Source of the DNA: Octopus vulgaris
Taxonomy: Eukaryota
Assembly: GCA_951406725.2 (NCBI GenBank)
Contig: OX597823.1
Location: forward strand, 115,444,001-115,508,000
DNA: 64,000 nt
Direction: 5' to 3'
Position 1 is the first letter of the stretch; every line of letters begins with the position of its first letter. Positions 38,993 through 52,052 of the stretch are shown piece by piece. The notes under the pieces are model-generated. The model did not search any database. It worked only from the letters and a program-made list of their open reading frames with translations, and was not told the DNA's origin. The translations under genes and the position numbers were made by a program.

Positions 38993-39098
38993 CCGTAAAT
39001 CCTCAAGTACAATCCACATTTTTTCCTCAAAATTTAAAGGTCAAACTCCCTAGTGTGTACTCTATACAAGGTTAAAAATGAAAAATATTTCCTAAGCA
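38993..39098 (-). mobile_element. Solo terminal fragment of the Tc1/mariner MITE at 40190-40711, inverted
   Basis: Reverse complement of ~40605-40711, preceded by TA. Confidence 0.75.
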
Positions 39099-39426
39099 AA
39101 GGAGACGAATAAAATAAGTAGCAGACTTGAATAAAAATGAAAATCAAAATCCTGGAGTTAAATTGTTTGACTAAGTCTTTCAAAGCTCTGCCACAGCATG
39201 GCCACAGTCTGTTGACTGAAGCATGAAAAAGATAAAAGTAGTTTGAATAATGTTTTAGCGTTTGCTGAAAATTGAACCCTCACTCGCAGATCCATTTTAT
39301 ATCATATAATATAAGCAATTACTTGTGGTTGTTTTTCACTTGTTAGTCATAAGTAGGAAAAGGGGACACACTTTGTAGGACTGGCTTAAGGTACTAAATA
39401 CTCTAGCATGTGGCTTAATTACCTTA

Positions 39427-39745
39427 GGTGCATGGCTTAGTGGTAAGGGTGTTCGGCTCACGATCATAAGGTTGAGAGTTCAATTCCTGGCGATGCGTTG
39501 TGTCCTTAAGCAAGACACTTTATTTCCCATTGCTCCAGTCCACTCAGCTGGCCAAAATGAATAGTACCCCTATTTCAAAGGGCCGGCCTTGAAACACTCT
39601 GTGTCATGCTGAATCTCCCTGAGAACAACATTAAGGGTACACGTTTCTGTGGGGTGCTCAGCCACTTGCACGTTAATTTCATGAGCAGGCTGTTCCATTT
39701 ACCGGATCAACTGGAATCCTCATTGTGATAATCGATGGAGTGTCA
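39427..39745 (+). mobile_element. SINE family C
   Basis: GGTGCATGGCTTAGTGGTAAGGG...GAGTTCAATTCC...CCTTAAGCAAGACACTTT. Confidence 0.75.
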
Positions 39746-39814
39746 GTACTTAAGCACTGGCCCTCAATGAAATGGTACTAAGTATCAAAGTCAAAAATTT
39801 TGGAACAGTTTGTC

Positions 39815-40170
39815 TATAATTGCTACTACCAACACCTGCAGAGGATTATCTCCTGCAAGTAAATTAATGATTTCAAAAGCATGCTTTACTACACGCATTG
39901 TCATCAGTTTCTTGCCATTGTTACATCCATGCATCATAAGAGAACAAACCAATCTCTCAACAATTGGACACTGAGCCTTACAGATCCTTTCCAATTGGTA
40001 TCTGCCAGCACTATGGGGTAAATATTCAGAATATTTTTCTTTCACTGCAACTAAATCAGTCAAACTGATTATCGTTAACCTGCACATCGTCTGGAGACCA
40101 TTTTCCAAGCAGTTTGATTTCTGGCAGTTCAGGCGCCGGTGCAGCTTCAGCATCCCAGTTTTCCTTGATG
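39815..40170 (-). pseudogene. RPS5: Intronless 40S ribosomal protein S5 (uS7) pseudogene, N-terminal ~60%
   Basis: [31 protein letters not shown] (frameshift) [24 protein letters not shown]...[10 protein letters not shown]...[34 protein letters not shown]; frameshift, no intact start, 3' truncated. Confidence 0.92.
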
Positions 40171-40189
40171 GGTTTTTGCACACAGGATA

Positions 40190-40711
40190 CCGTAAATCCT
40201 CAAGTATAGTCTGCCCTTGAGTATAATATGCAGGGGATTTTTAGGGGGCTGTACTTCTGAAAAACCTAAACCTTGTGTATAATACGCACCCCTTCTCTAA
40301 CTTGAGTCGTGCGTAATTAAGCCATCAGCACCTAGTTGAACAAACACTTCCGTGCATGCGTAATACAATAATGGTGATGTTCTTAACTGTTATATGGGAA
40401 TGTAAATATGTTTTCAAATTGTTTTTGTTACATGTTATTCTGTGTTCTGGATACTTTTATTTTAATAAATATTGTTTCCTGCAAGTTATGGATGATCCCT
40501 TTATGACTTCATTGCTTTCAGGCTTAGCTTAAGGTATTTTCACGCCCGACATCACAAAATGTGTCTGAATAAACATTGCTGGACAGCAAATAGAGACTCG
40601 GACATTGCTTAGAAAATATTTTTCATTTTTAACCTCGTATATAATATGCACTAGGGATTTTGACCTTTAAATTTTGGGGAAAAAATGCTGATTATACTCG
40701 AGGATTTACGG
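40190..40711. mobile_element. Tc1/mariner (pogo-like) MITE
   Basis: TIR CCGTAAATCCTCRAGTATA; TA on both sides (40188-40189, 40712-40713). Confidence 0.85.
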
Positions 40712-40959
40712 TAATCCAAAAAAGATTATTATCTCATAATTAAGATCTAATGACCATAGTTAGACTACAGAGTAAATGACATTCACTCAGTTTTTTATGA
40801 TATGTTACTATGCCATATGAAACATCAGCATATTGCTAAGGTCTTTAAAAACATGAATTTATGTAGAGAATTCTATATTTTGATATTTTGCAGAGTATTT
40901 CATTAACGCTTCCCCTACTAACCTGACAGAAAATCTCTCATTTAAAATTGTTCGTATTA

Positions 40960-41680
40960 TATCCGTGCCGGTGGCATGTAAAAAGCACCATCCAATTGTG
41001 GCCTTTTGCCAGCCTTGTCTGGTACCTGTGCTGGTAGCACGTAAAAAGCACCCACTACACTCTCAAAGTGGTTGGTGTTAGGAAGGGCATCCAGCTGTAG
41101 AAACTCTGCCAGATCAGACTGGGCCTGGTGCAGCCTTCTGGCTATATATATATTTATATATACACATACCTGTGTGTTTCTATATATATATGTGTATGTA
41201 TATATGTAGTACACTCTCGCAGTGGTTGGCGTTAGGAAGGGCATCCAGCTGTAGAAACTCTTCCAGATCAGACTGGGCCTGGTGCAGCCTTCTGGCTATA
41301 TATATATTTATATATACACATACCTGTGTGTTTCTATATATATATGTGTATGTATATATGTAGTACACTCTCGCAGTGGTTGGCGTTAGGAAGGGCATCC
41401 AGCTGTAGAAACTCTGCCAGATCAGACTGGGCCTGGTGCAGCCTTCTGGCTATATATATATTTATATATACACATACCTGTGTGTTTCTATATATATATG
41501 TGTATGTATATATGTAGTACACTCTCGCAGTGGTTGGCGTTAGGAAGGGCATCCAGCTGTAGAAACTCTGCCAGATCAGACTGGGCCTGGTGCAGCCTTC
41601 GGGCTCCCCAGACCCCAGTTGAACCGTCCAACCCATGCTAGCATGGAAAGTGGACGTTAAACGATAATGATGATGATAAT
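40960..41680 (+). repeat. RTE 3' tail containing a 154-bp tandem repeat (~3.5 copies)
   Basis: Unit starts at 41056, 41210, 41364 and 41518; ends in a (GAT)n tail. Confidence 0.9.
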
Positions 41681-42433
41681 TAAAACCTGTTATCATAATT
41701 CTTCTAAGAACCTTCTGTTATGTTGTAAACAGCAACTTATTGAGATATTTTCCTAAATCCCTCTGAATTCTGGATTATTTTCTAAATTAATTGAAACACC
41801 GAAATGAAGTATATTACACTAGAAATATGGTAACGAAGGGTTAACGACTTTTAGCTTCATTGCTGGGAGATGGGAGTTATTGACAAGTAATTGGAAATTG
41901 GCAAAGCTATATTTGCTGAAATAACAACTCGTTTACTCTGTAATTAAAATGAGATATAAAACCAGTTTCAGGTCGTTGTCATTACACAGGTAACGTCTAC
42001 TTTATCAGTTCCTGTTGTTTACCTTATTTACCGACTGATTTCAAATTTTGGCACAAGGCCAACAACTTTGGGAGAGGAGGTAAATTGATTACATCAACCC
42101 CAGTATTCAACTGGTACTTATTTTATCAACCCTGCAAAGCCAACCTTGGTGGAATTTGAACTGAGAATGTAAAGATATACGAAATGCCACTAAGCATTTT
42201 CCTTGGTGTGCCAACGATTCTGCAAACTCACCAGCTTACATTAAGCTTACATATGAAGACCAGATTCTTCGGCTTTCATTTGAAAAAAAAAAAGGGAAAG
42301 AACAGTATAAATCTCCATCTTCATTTGAATGTTTGATATATCTGTATGTGTGTGCCTAAATGTATGCATATATATATATCCATCATTCATTCAGATTTGT
42401 GAATGTATGTGTGTATATGTATGTATGTATATA

Positions 42434-42473
<40 letters not shown>

Positions 42474-42937
42474 AGTGTGCGTGTGTGTGTGTGCATGAGT
42501 GTGTGTGTAGCATGGAAAGCGGACGTTAAACGATGATGATGATGATAGATATAGATAGATAGACAGACAGACAGATAGATGACAAAGAACTGAGATGCCT
42601 GACACTTTACTGTACTGAAGAAGACCTGTATTTTGCAGCAGAAAAGTCAAGACCGGACCCCTTCCAGTGATGATTGATCTACCAGAGTTCTGTAAAATGC
42701 ATTTGTGGTGGAACATAAAAGCATGATGATGAACATAAAAGCATTTAAGGATGATGATATATATATATATATGTATATATTGGCAGGGCTGGCCTGCTAG
42801 GTAGCCGGCCAGAATGCTAGAAATAGATCATAAACGATCAAACTACAAGGGAAATTCTCTAGAGGAAGAATTCAGCGAACACCAGAACCAAATTTGGCGG
42901 GCAGGACATATGAAAAATTAAATAAAAAACAGACTTA

Positions 42938-43013
42938 AATGCATACCTCGGTTTCGGTCTTAACAAAAGAATTACTTGCGTAATTCAAGTGTCCGTGACT
43001 TCTTCAGTACATT
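42938..43013 (-). ncRNA. Type I hammerhead ribozyme with extended stem II capped by a GNRA hairpin
   Basis: AATGTA-CTGAAGA-AGTC...GAATTAC-GCAA-GTAATTC...GACC-GAAA-CCGAGG-TA-TGCATT. Confidence 0.7.
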
Positions 43014-43224
43014 CGGTCCTCGAGATGCAAACCGCAAGACTAACCCCAGCTCACTGTGTCAAGACAGACACGTGCTTAGTCTTACTGATTACATCGGGAA
43101 TAAAATTTCAAATGTCTTGGTTATATATATATATATATATATAGCAAAGTGAAATTGTAAGGTACCGTACGAGTGGAAATATATATGAAAGAAGGTTTGA
43201 AAATGCAATTTTAAAGATGTTTAT

Positions 43225-43271
43225 TCACTTGACCGGTTTCACTTTTTTTAGAAAAAGATTGTCAAAAGTAA
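43225..43271 (-). ncRNA. Decayed hammerhead-like motif
   Basis: TTACTT-TTGACAA-...-GAAA-CCGG-TC-AAGTGA; core looks like CTGACGA after transitions. Confidence 0.45.
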
Positions 43272-43859
43272 AATGTAAAGCTTTGTAAAAGCTTTGTTGT
43301 GTTAAGTCCTGGTTGTCACAAAATATTACAATACATTTGATAATAAAAAGAAAATGTTAAAAACAGTTTGCAAAGAAATGTCTTGAGAAAATACGAAACA
43401 AAGTTTCAAAAGAATATATTAGGATTCCATTAAAAATCCTGTTTGTTTGGAAGTTTCTGTATATACATACGCAGAAAGGTATTAGTTCAAAAACAGTCAT
43501 ATTTGGTAGTGTTAAAAATTTCTCCCAGGCGTTACCCACTACAATTCGTTTTGGCTTAACCGCCCTTAATGTTTGTCTTCATCGATTGTTTACTTTGTAC
43601 ATCCACTCTGTTGTTGTTTGTTTATTTGAAGCCCTGACTCTCCACAAATTTTGCATTCTTAAACTTTTTCGATGGATCTTGCTCTCGTATGACGTTTTCC
43701 TGTCTTGTCATTAAAAGCATGAAATGGGGAGGAGTAAAACAGTCGACAACTGACAAGCGAGTTATCTTCTTTTGATATTTTATCCTATACTGCTTACCTC
43801 TCGGGTGATTATGTATTTTTCACTCAGTGGTGATGTCCTGTACTTAATATTTATTTTAT

Positions 43860-44405
43860 ATGTTTGTATGTGTATGTATATATATATATATATGTGTATA
43901 TATGTATATATATGTGTATATATGTATATATATGTGTATATATGTATATATATGTGTATATATGTATATATATGTGTATATATGTATATGTATGCGTATA
44001 TATGTATATGTATGCGTATATATGTATATATATGCATATATATGTATATATATGCGTATATATGTATATATATGTGTATATATGTATATATATATGCATA
44101 TATGTATATATATGCATATATATGTATATATATGCATATATATGTATATATGTATGTATATATGTATATATGTATGTATGTATATATGTATGTATGTATA
44201 TACGTATGTATATATGTATATACGTATGTATATATGTATATATGTATATACGTATGTATATACGTATGTATATATGTATATACGTATGTATATATGTATA
44301 TATGTATATACGTATGTATATATGTATGTATATATGTATGTATGTATGTATATGTATATGTATATATGTATATGTATATGTATATATAGTGATATGATAT
44401 ATATA
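43860..44405. repeat. (TA/TG) compound microsatellite with 18-20-bp periodicity
   Basis: Directly visible. Confidence 0.9.
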
Positions 44406-44539
44406 TAAAAAATGTAATATATAAATAAATATCTGTAAATATAAACCATCCGATCTTCTGATTACCTCATTTCTTCTAATATATAATACCTGTACATCAT
44501 CTCCAAACCTTCCAATAAATATATGTATATATATATGTA

Positions 44540-44858
44540 AAGGTCCCGACCACTTGGAGGCAGTGATAAATGTTTGAGACCTTCGATGATTTACTGTGCT
44601 TGAGAAGATCTGTCCAGCCAAGTGAGATCATAGCCGTGGTTGATGCCAGTGCTGCATAACTGGCACCTGTTCTGGTAACATGTGAAATGCACTCACAACA
44701 CTCTTGGAGTGGTTGGCATTAGGAAGAGCATCCGACTGTAGAAACCATGCCAAATTGGATTGGAACCTAGTGCAGCTCTCCAGGTTACCAGTTTTCAGTC
44801 AAATCGTCCAACCCATGCCAGCATGGAAAATGGACGTTAAATGAAGATGATGATGATG
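44540..44858 (+). mobile_element. RTE-type 3' tail or RTE-tailed element
   Basis: GGTTGGCATTAGGAAG...CCAACCCATGCCAGCATGGAAAATGGACGTTAAATGAAGATGATG; similar tails at 45830-46110(-), 52130-52455(+), 53100-53730(-). Confidence 0.75.
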
Positions 44859-45175
44859 CTATATATATAGGTATGCGTGTGTGTGTTTCTGCATGCAGAA
44901 ATATGAAAGACAATCAATAAAAAGAAACAGGTGGAAATGCACAGAGGTCTATTAAAATGAATCTCATTTTTTTCTATTTTTCTATAGAAAACAAATTTTA
45001 CATAAAATTTTTACCAGTTTTCGCTGTTTTCAATCGTATCAAAAAAGTGATTTTATCAAAATTTAGTTTGTCGTATAATGTGAGTCTTTTTGTGAAATAA
45101 TATTTTTATCTAATTCAATTTGTTGCATTTTGGTTGGCTGATGCAAGAGTATATATGTATACACGCACACACACG

Positions 45176-45229
<54 letters not shown>

Positions 45230-45529
45230 TGCACACACATACACACACACACACGTACACACACACGCACGCACGCACACACACACACACACACACACAT
45301 GCACACACACACACACGCAAACACGCATGTATGCATTAAATATTTGTATGTTTGTGAAGAGAGAGTAGTGGTAAATGGCAAAAAATTCAGAGTAACAAAC
45401 AGCTTTCAAAAGTTCAAAGTTGTTTCTCCCAAAATTTTTTAAAACAAGGGGAGTGCGAGTGGTTGCTAAAGGCACACTAAAAGCGTTGATTGAAATATAT
45501 GGCTATACTGTTATATCAAACCGGTTTGG

Positions 45530-46525
45530 GTACACTTAAACATGGAGAAACTTTCATTGTGGAGATCGTCTCTGGAGAGAAATTCTTATCGACAAGGTTT
45601 TGGGGGAAAATTCGTCACTGGCCCATGAATGGCAACATCAGATTGTAGAATACATGTTTCTGCATTATTGAGCTTCATCAGCCACGGACACCACATCTGT
45701 CCTTCACTGCCCACTAAGAACTACCATTCTTATAGTTAAGCAGAAAATAGGAAATTTGGTAACATGTGCAAAGCTTCATGAAGTTGGATTTAATTAACAA
45801 GAGACACTCTATGCAGTGTTGATTGAAATCATCATCATCATCGTTTAACGTCCGTTTTCCATGCTAGCATGGGTTGGATGGTTCGACCGGGGTCTGGGAA
45901 GCCAGAAGGCTGCACCAGGCTCCAGTCTGATCTGACAGTGTTTCTACAGCTGGATGCCCTTCCTAACGCCAACCACTCTGTGAGTGTAGTGGGTGCTTTT
46001 TATGTGCCACGAGCACAGGTGCCAGGCGAGGCTGGCAAACGGCCACGATCGGATGGTGCTTTTTACGTGCCACCGGTACAGGTATCACAACTACAATTTC
46101 CATTGATTTTTTATGGAAATTGTAGTTGTGATCCCTAATTATATGCAACACTTCAAGATGGAAAGACCTTTGCTGTAAAAATTGTCTTGATGAAAAATTC
46201 TTCTTAGAAAAATTCTAGAAAAGGTGTGTGAAAAACATACCAATGGACTTTGAATGATGTCATCCGATTGAAGGACATGTATTTCTGCATTGTTATACTT
46301 CATCAGCTACCGACACTGAAACTGTTGTGGGTCATGAATAATGTATTCAGTATCCATTGCTAATGAAGTGTAATAATGCAGAAACATGTAGCCTATAGTC
46401 CAATCATGTCATTCCTCTGATGTATTTTTCCAGTGATGTATTTTCACACAAACAATCTTTAAATCCAATTTATCTTCAGAGACAATTTTCTTCAGTGATA
46501 TTCTCTCCATGTCTGAGTGTACACA
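45530..46525. repeat. Three related segments, two of them inverted, each with a hammerhead-like core
   Basis: 45530-45690 resembles the reverse complement of 46350-46525; motifs CTRATGA-AG...TGCA-GAAA-(TA)CATG at 45651-45681(-), 46274-46306(-), 46360-46390(+). Confidence 0.55.
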
Positions 46526-47240
46526 AGCATGTTAATGAATATGGTAAATAGAAGAATTGTACATATCTCCACATGGTATGACTGACTGAAGTCTATGCAT
46601 ACATTCGTGTGTGCATGCATGTGTGTCTTTTATATTCTGTCTTTCACATGTTTCAGTCATTATACTGTGGCCATGCTGGGCATTTTTTCTTGAATTAATT
46701 GACCCCCCAGGGCTTTTTAAGCCTGTTACTTATTCTGTTGGTTGCTTTTGCTAAGCTGCTTAGTTACAAGAACATAAACACACCAACACCGGTTGTCAAG
46801 TGGTGGTTGAGGACAAACACAGACACAAGGACACACACACACATACATGACAGGCTTCTTTCAGTTTCCATCTATCAAATCTACTCACAAGGCTTTGGTC
46901 AGCTTGAGTGTGTAGTAGAAGACACTTGCCCAAGGTACCATGCAGTGGGATTGAACCCAGAACCATGTGGTTTGGAAGCAAACTTCTTACCACACAGCCA
47001 TACCTGCACCCACTAAATAATTATCTTTTACTTGTTTCAGTCATTGTCTGCGGTCATGCTGGGGCATTACATTGAAGAATTTATAGTTGAATGTATCAAC
47101 CCCAGTACCTTTTTCTTTTAAGCCTGGCACTTATTCTAGTGATCTCTTTTGCTAAACCACTAAGTTATGGGGATATAAACAAACCAACACTGGTTGTCAA
47201 GTGGTAGTGGTGGTGGGGACAAACACAGACAGACATACAT

Positions 47241-47602
47241 CATCACCATTGTCCGACTGTGGTCGAGACAATGGAATTTACTATGTTACACCAGACTTCA
47301 CGGTCCATCATAGCATTACGGAGGTCCTGTTGCTGGATACCTGTATCCCTGGAGATTACATCAGGGTAGGAGAGTGTGCACCCTCTGGTATAGATACATA
47401 GGGGTATATTTCTAATGTCAATAGCTGCAAAATTGTACAACAAACTGATTCTAAACTGTCTCGTCCCTTTTGTTGAATCTTTGTTCCAAAAGAACCAAAA
47501 TGGATTCAGACATGGGCGCTCAACGTTGAGCCAAATACTATGCCTACTCAGACTCATTGAAGAATCAAAAGCATTTGATCGCGATCTTGCAATGGTGTTT
47601 GT
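47241..47602. mobile_element. RTE-like LINE insertion with inverted 5' segment and 10-bp TSD
   Basis: Minus-strand C-terminus (LSYPDVISRDTG...AMMDREVW) joined to a plus-strand RT N-terminal part (RGIFLMSIAAKLYN...QNGFR...VFVD); TSD AGACATACAT at 47231-47240 and 47603-47612. Confidence 0.8.
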
Positions 47603-47623
47603 AGACATACATACATATATATA

Positions 47624-47860
47624 CAGGGTGGCCCGAAAGTAGGTTTACAGTCATTCAATTAACTCTTTCACATTCCTATATTAACAGTTTAAATCTTAAT
47701 TACACACAAAAATATGAAACCCTTATTCTCTGCTAATTTAGTTAGTTTTGTTAAGCTCCTTTTTCAGTTTGTAAAAAAGAAATTTAAATGTAATAAAATG
47801 TTTTAAAAGAAATTTCAAGTGCATACGTGATAACTGTAAACCTAATTTTAGGCCACCCTG
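47624..47860. mobile_element. Tc1/mariner MITE
   Basis: 28-bp TIR CAGGGTGGCCYRAAAKTAGGTTTACAGT; TA TSD. Confidence 0.85.
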
Positions 47861-50103
47861 TATACACATACATATATGACGGGCTTCTTTCCATTTCTGC
47901 CTACCAAATCCACTCACAAGGCTTTGGTCAACCCAGGGCTATAATAAAGACACCTGCCCAAGATGCCATGCAGTGGGACTGAACCTGGAACCATGTGGTT
48001 GAGAAGCAAGCTTCTTACTACACAGCCACACCTTCCTAATTTTGATCACATCCAGTTGGTAGCCCCATTATGTTTGTATCTACACCAGTGGCTTTCAGCT
48101 ATAAATTGACCAATATATATTTTCTATTCAAAATAGTTCTGAATTGCTTTTATCTCCACTTATAAATGAGTGTCCCAACTCTGGCGTTGCTCTATAATTA
48201 TTGGTCATATTTTCTCACACTGCGTCACTTTTCTTTCACTTTGTGTATCTTTTGTAAATATAAAATAATGAAATGGTCTGATTTTTCCAAATATAAGTTT
48301 TATTGATGAAGCTGAATATTGTAGGCTCTGTTGAGCAATTTTTAAACCATTAACAAAACAAGAAAACATTTAGTATATTTTTAATAAAAAAGAAAATCAC
48401 TTTTGAGATTCAAAGTATGACACATGTTAACCATTCTGTTTGTGTTTAAGAATGAATATTTAGAATAGGAATTTTAGTAAATGATAAATCAATTTATCTC
48501 AATGACTACAGTAAAAATAGAGAATAGTTTAATTTCCAGATTGAGAAAACAGAAAATAAATGAAGTTTTGATTTGGAATGTAGGAAAAAATTAAATATTG
48601 AATCGAATTGAATTGAGATGTAAAGTAAAGAACTCTTTCATCTGTTCACACTCAAGTCGTGAGTGTGGATTTTATTAGAAATGAGAGGAATAGAAAACAT
48701 GTTGTATGATATATATTTTAAGGTTTGTGTATCTATGAAGATTGAACTACTGTTGAGAGGCTTTGACTGTTCAGGAAATGACAAAAAAAGCAAACAAAAA
48801 GAAAACCCCTTTTAGATGCGCAAACAATTGCGAAAGGTCCTCTGTGTAGAAGTTAACGACTAAAAACTGTTGGAAATGAACAATGCGGAGCTATTTATAT
48901 AAACGTAAACATCCCTATAAAATGGAAGAATGTTACACACTTCTAATGCATATTTAGTCCCATTAGTATACATAAAATGTTTAATAAAAGCAGGAACTGA
49001 TGATATTATAACCAAGGGTATAGTAAATATGAAATGGATTGAGGCATATGACTGAATGAGTAGAAATCTATAGCGGTTAAGGTGATGGTTGAGAAAAGCT
49101 CATGATAAATGAATGGACAGGGGAGAGCTGAGTAATAAAGGCTGCTTCAGTTTATGTGTGAAGACACGGCTGTTAAATAGAACGGAATTGAAGCAAGAAT
49201 TTTATAACGGCATATTTGAGATTTAATTTGCTAGTCTCACCTTTAGAGGATTAATCTCCCCTCTGTGAAAATTATAATTTCTACTGACAGAATGAACTTT
49301 AACATGGTTGCTGTGATCACATTGAAACCTTCCTAAGACATGGAATAAAATTCAAGTGATTTATTTTAACTTGTTATGGTTACAGGTGAAACAGATTTTA
49401 AGTACCCTGTAGAATATCACTTCGCAGCCTAAGATGTTAATAATATAATTTTACTATTGGAATCAAATACTGGTAGATTGGTTGCATTGGTTCTTTAAAG
49501 CAAACTAGAAATGTATGTAAGATGCTTCCTATTAAAACCATCTCATCCTTGGAACAATGGAGCCATAACATTCTTATAATTTTCATAAACTTCCTTTATG
49601 ATCATATACTCTGTAATAATGTAGTAACATTGTGTACACTTCTACTGGCCCTTCATTGATACTAATCAATACCGAATGAAATTGCAGCCAATTAAATGTA
49701 GTTAGCCATAAATTTGTATTTTATTTACTTAATTGGTGAGAGAAAGCAATAACTTTATTGTTGGCAGCTTGAGTATTGAACGCTGCTAAATCTTGTATTC
49801 AGAGACTAAATCAGAAGATTGCCTGGAAATAGATTTTTGCATAATAAAAATTATATTTTAATTAAAATTTACAAAAGAAAAAGAATTACATTTATAACAA
49901 AACATATGAAATCTGTTTTAGCTAATTTGCATTTATGCAAATTATTGAAAGGTTATTTTATGATAGCAAACATATCTTGTGTTAATTAATTTATATCTTT
50001 GGATATTCCATCATGTGGAGGGAATACTTCTTCATCTGATAAAGTGTGTTGATTAAAAGACAGAGAAATCTCCAAAAATTCATTATACATAGAAATGTAT
50101 ACT

Positions 50104-50270
50104 CAGGTGTGGCTGTGTGGTAAGAAGCTTGCTTCCCAACCATATGGTTCTGGGTTCAGCCTCACTGCATGGCACCTTGGGCAAGTGTCTTCCACTATAG
50201 CTTTGGGCTCGCTAAAGCTTTGTGAGTGGATTTGGTAGATGGAAATTGAAAGAAGCCCATCATTTATGTA

Positions 50271-50304
<34 letters not shown>

Positions 50305-51857
50305 TGTGTTTGTACCCCTGCCATCACTTGACAACCGATGCTGGTGTGTTTATGTCCCTCGTGACTTACCAGTTTAGCAAAATGAGACCAATGGAATAAG
50401 TACTAGGCTTACAAAGAATAAGTCCTGGGGTAGAATTCATCAGCTAAAACCCTTTAAGGCAGTGCTCCAGCATGGCCACGGTCAAATGACTGAAACAAGT
50501 AAAACAGTAAAGGAGAAGTTTTTATCTGGAATCAGTCAAACATCGATTTCAAATTTTGGCACAAGGCCAGCAAATTTGGGATTGGGGATAAGCTGATTAC
50601 ATCAACCCCAGCACTCAACTGGTACTTATTCTATCGACCCTGAAAGAATGAAAGGAAAAGCCTTTGTGGTATTTGAATTCAGAATGTAAAATCAGACGAA
50701 ATAGTGCCAAGCATTTTGCCTGGCATGCTAATGATTCTCCCAGATTGCCACCTTAAATCATCATATCATTGACCACAAGATTTTGCTGGAAGTATATAGG
50801 TGTAGGAGTGGCTGTGTGGTAAGTAGCTTGCTTACCAACCACATGGTCCCTGGTTCAGTCCCACTGTGTGGCATCTTGGGCAAGTGTCTTCTACTATAGC
50901 CTTGGGCCAACCAAAGCCTTGTGAGTGGATTTGGTAGACGGAAACTGAAAGAAGCCTGTCGTATATATGTATATATATATATATATATATGCATGTGTGT
51001 CTGTGTTTGTCTCTCCAACATTGCTTGACAACCGATACCCATAACTTAGCAGTTCGGCAAAAGAGACCAATAGAATAAGTACTAGGCTTACAAAGAATAA
51101 GTCCTGGGGTTGATTTGCTCGACTAAAGGCGGTGCTCCAGGATGGCCACAGTCAAATAACTGAAACAAGTAAAAGAGTAAAGAGAGTGTTGTGAGAATCT
51201 CAGGCTGTTTAAATAGATAATCTGTTTATTTAATTCTGTGTCTTATATTAAGCATTTGATAACAGCCACTGCTGACTGTACTTTCTAGCTGGAATGTAAT
51301 TAACCTTGTCCATATCTTGGCTCATTAATTATTGTTCATTAGTAGATCTAATAAGGAATTCCTGTGAAGAACATGGGCTTGAGGCTAAATCTTTGCTGTG
51401 CTCTGTTGGATGGTTATATTTGATTTTCTGCTAATACAAAATGTGATCTAAACGTTTGAGATAATAGAACATCATATTTCTGAACTTCCATTCTGCTGGC
51501 CTCAGTTCCACTATTATTATAGTTATTCTCGTTAACTCTCACTCTCTTTCTTTCCCTCGCTTTTTCTCTCTCTCTCTCTCCCTCCTCTCTGGCTGGGTAA
51601 TCATTGGACCTTCTCTACAGCAAGACATCTGTTTCTGCCTCTCTCTCTTTACCCTTTACTCGTGTCAGTCATGTGACTGTGGCCATGCTGGAGCATTGCC
51701 TTTAGTCGAGCAAATCGACCCCAGGACTTATTCTTTGTAAGCCCAGTACTTATTCTATCAGTCTCTTTTGCCGAGCTGCTAAGTTACAGGAATGTAAATA
51801 CACCAGCATCGGTTGTCAAGCGATGTTGGGGGTCAAACACAGATGCACAAACATAAG

Positions 51858-51891
<34 letters not shown>

Positions 51892-52052
51892 CACACATAC
51901 ACAATGGGCTTCTTTCAGTTTCCATCTACTAAATCCACTCAAGGCTTTGGTTTGCCCGAGGCTATAGTAGAAGACACCTAAGGTGTCATGCAGTGGGACT
52001 GAACCCAGAACGATGTGGTTCATAAGCAAGATACTTACCACACAGCCACTCC
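50104..52052. mobile_element. SINE cluster: family A (+50104-50512, +50798-51187, -51655-52052) and family B (-50547-50755)
   Basis: Consensus matches. Confidence 0.85.

Larger units (their letters stand above)
46640..48030 (-). mobile_element. Two SINE family A copies; the second is split by nested RTE and Tc1 insertions
   Basis: 46640-47010 full copy; 47025-47240 and 47863-48030 are halves of one copy. Confidence 0.8.

Noticed and set aside
39791-40183. Functional RPS5 gene
   Set aside because: Frameshift, no intact start, substitutions at conserved residues, missing C-terminus.
45005-45064. Very decayed hammerhead relic (TTGATAA...GAAAACTGGTA)
   Set aside because: Core and stems too degenerate to support.
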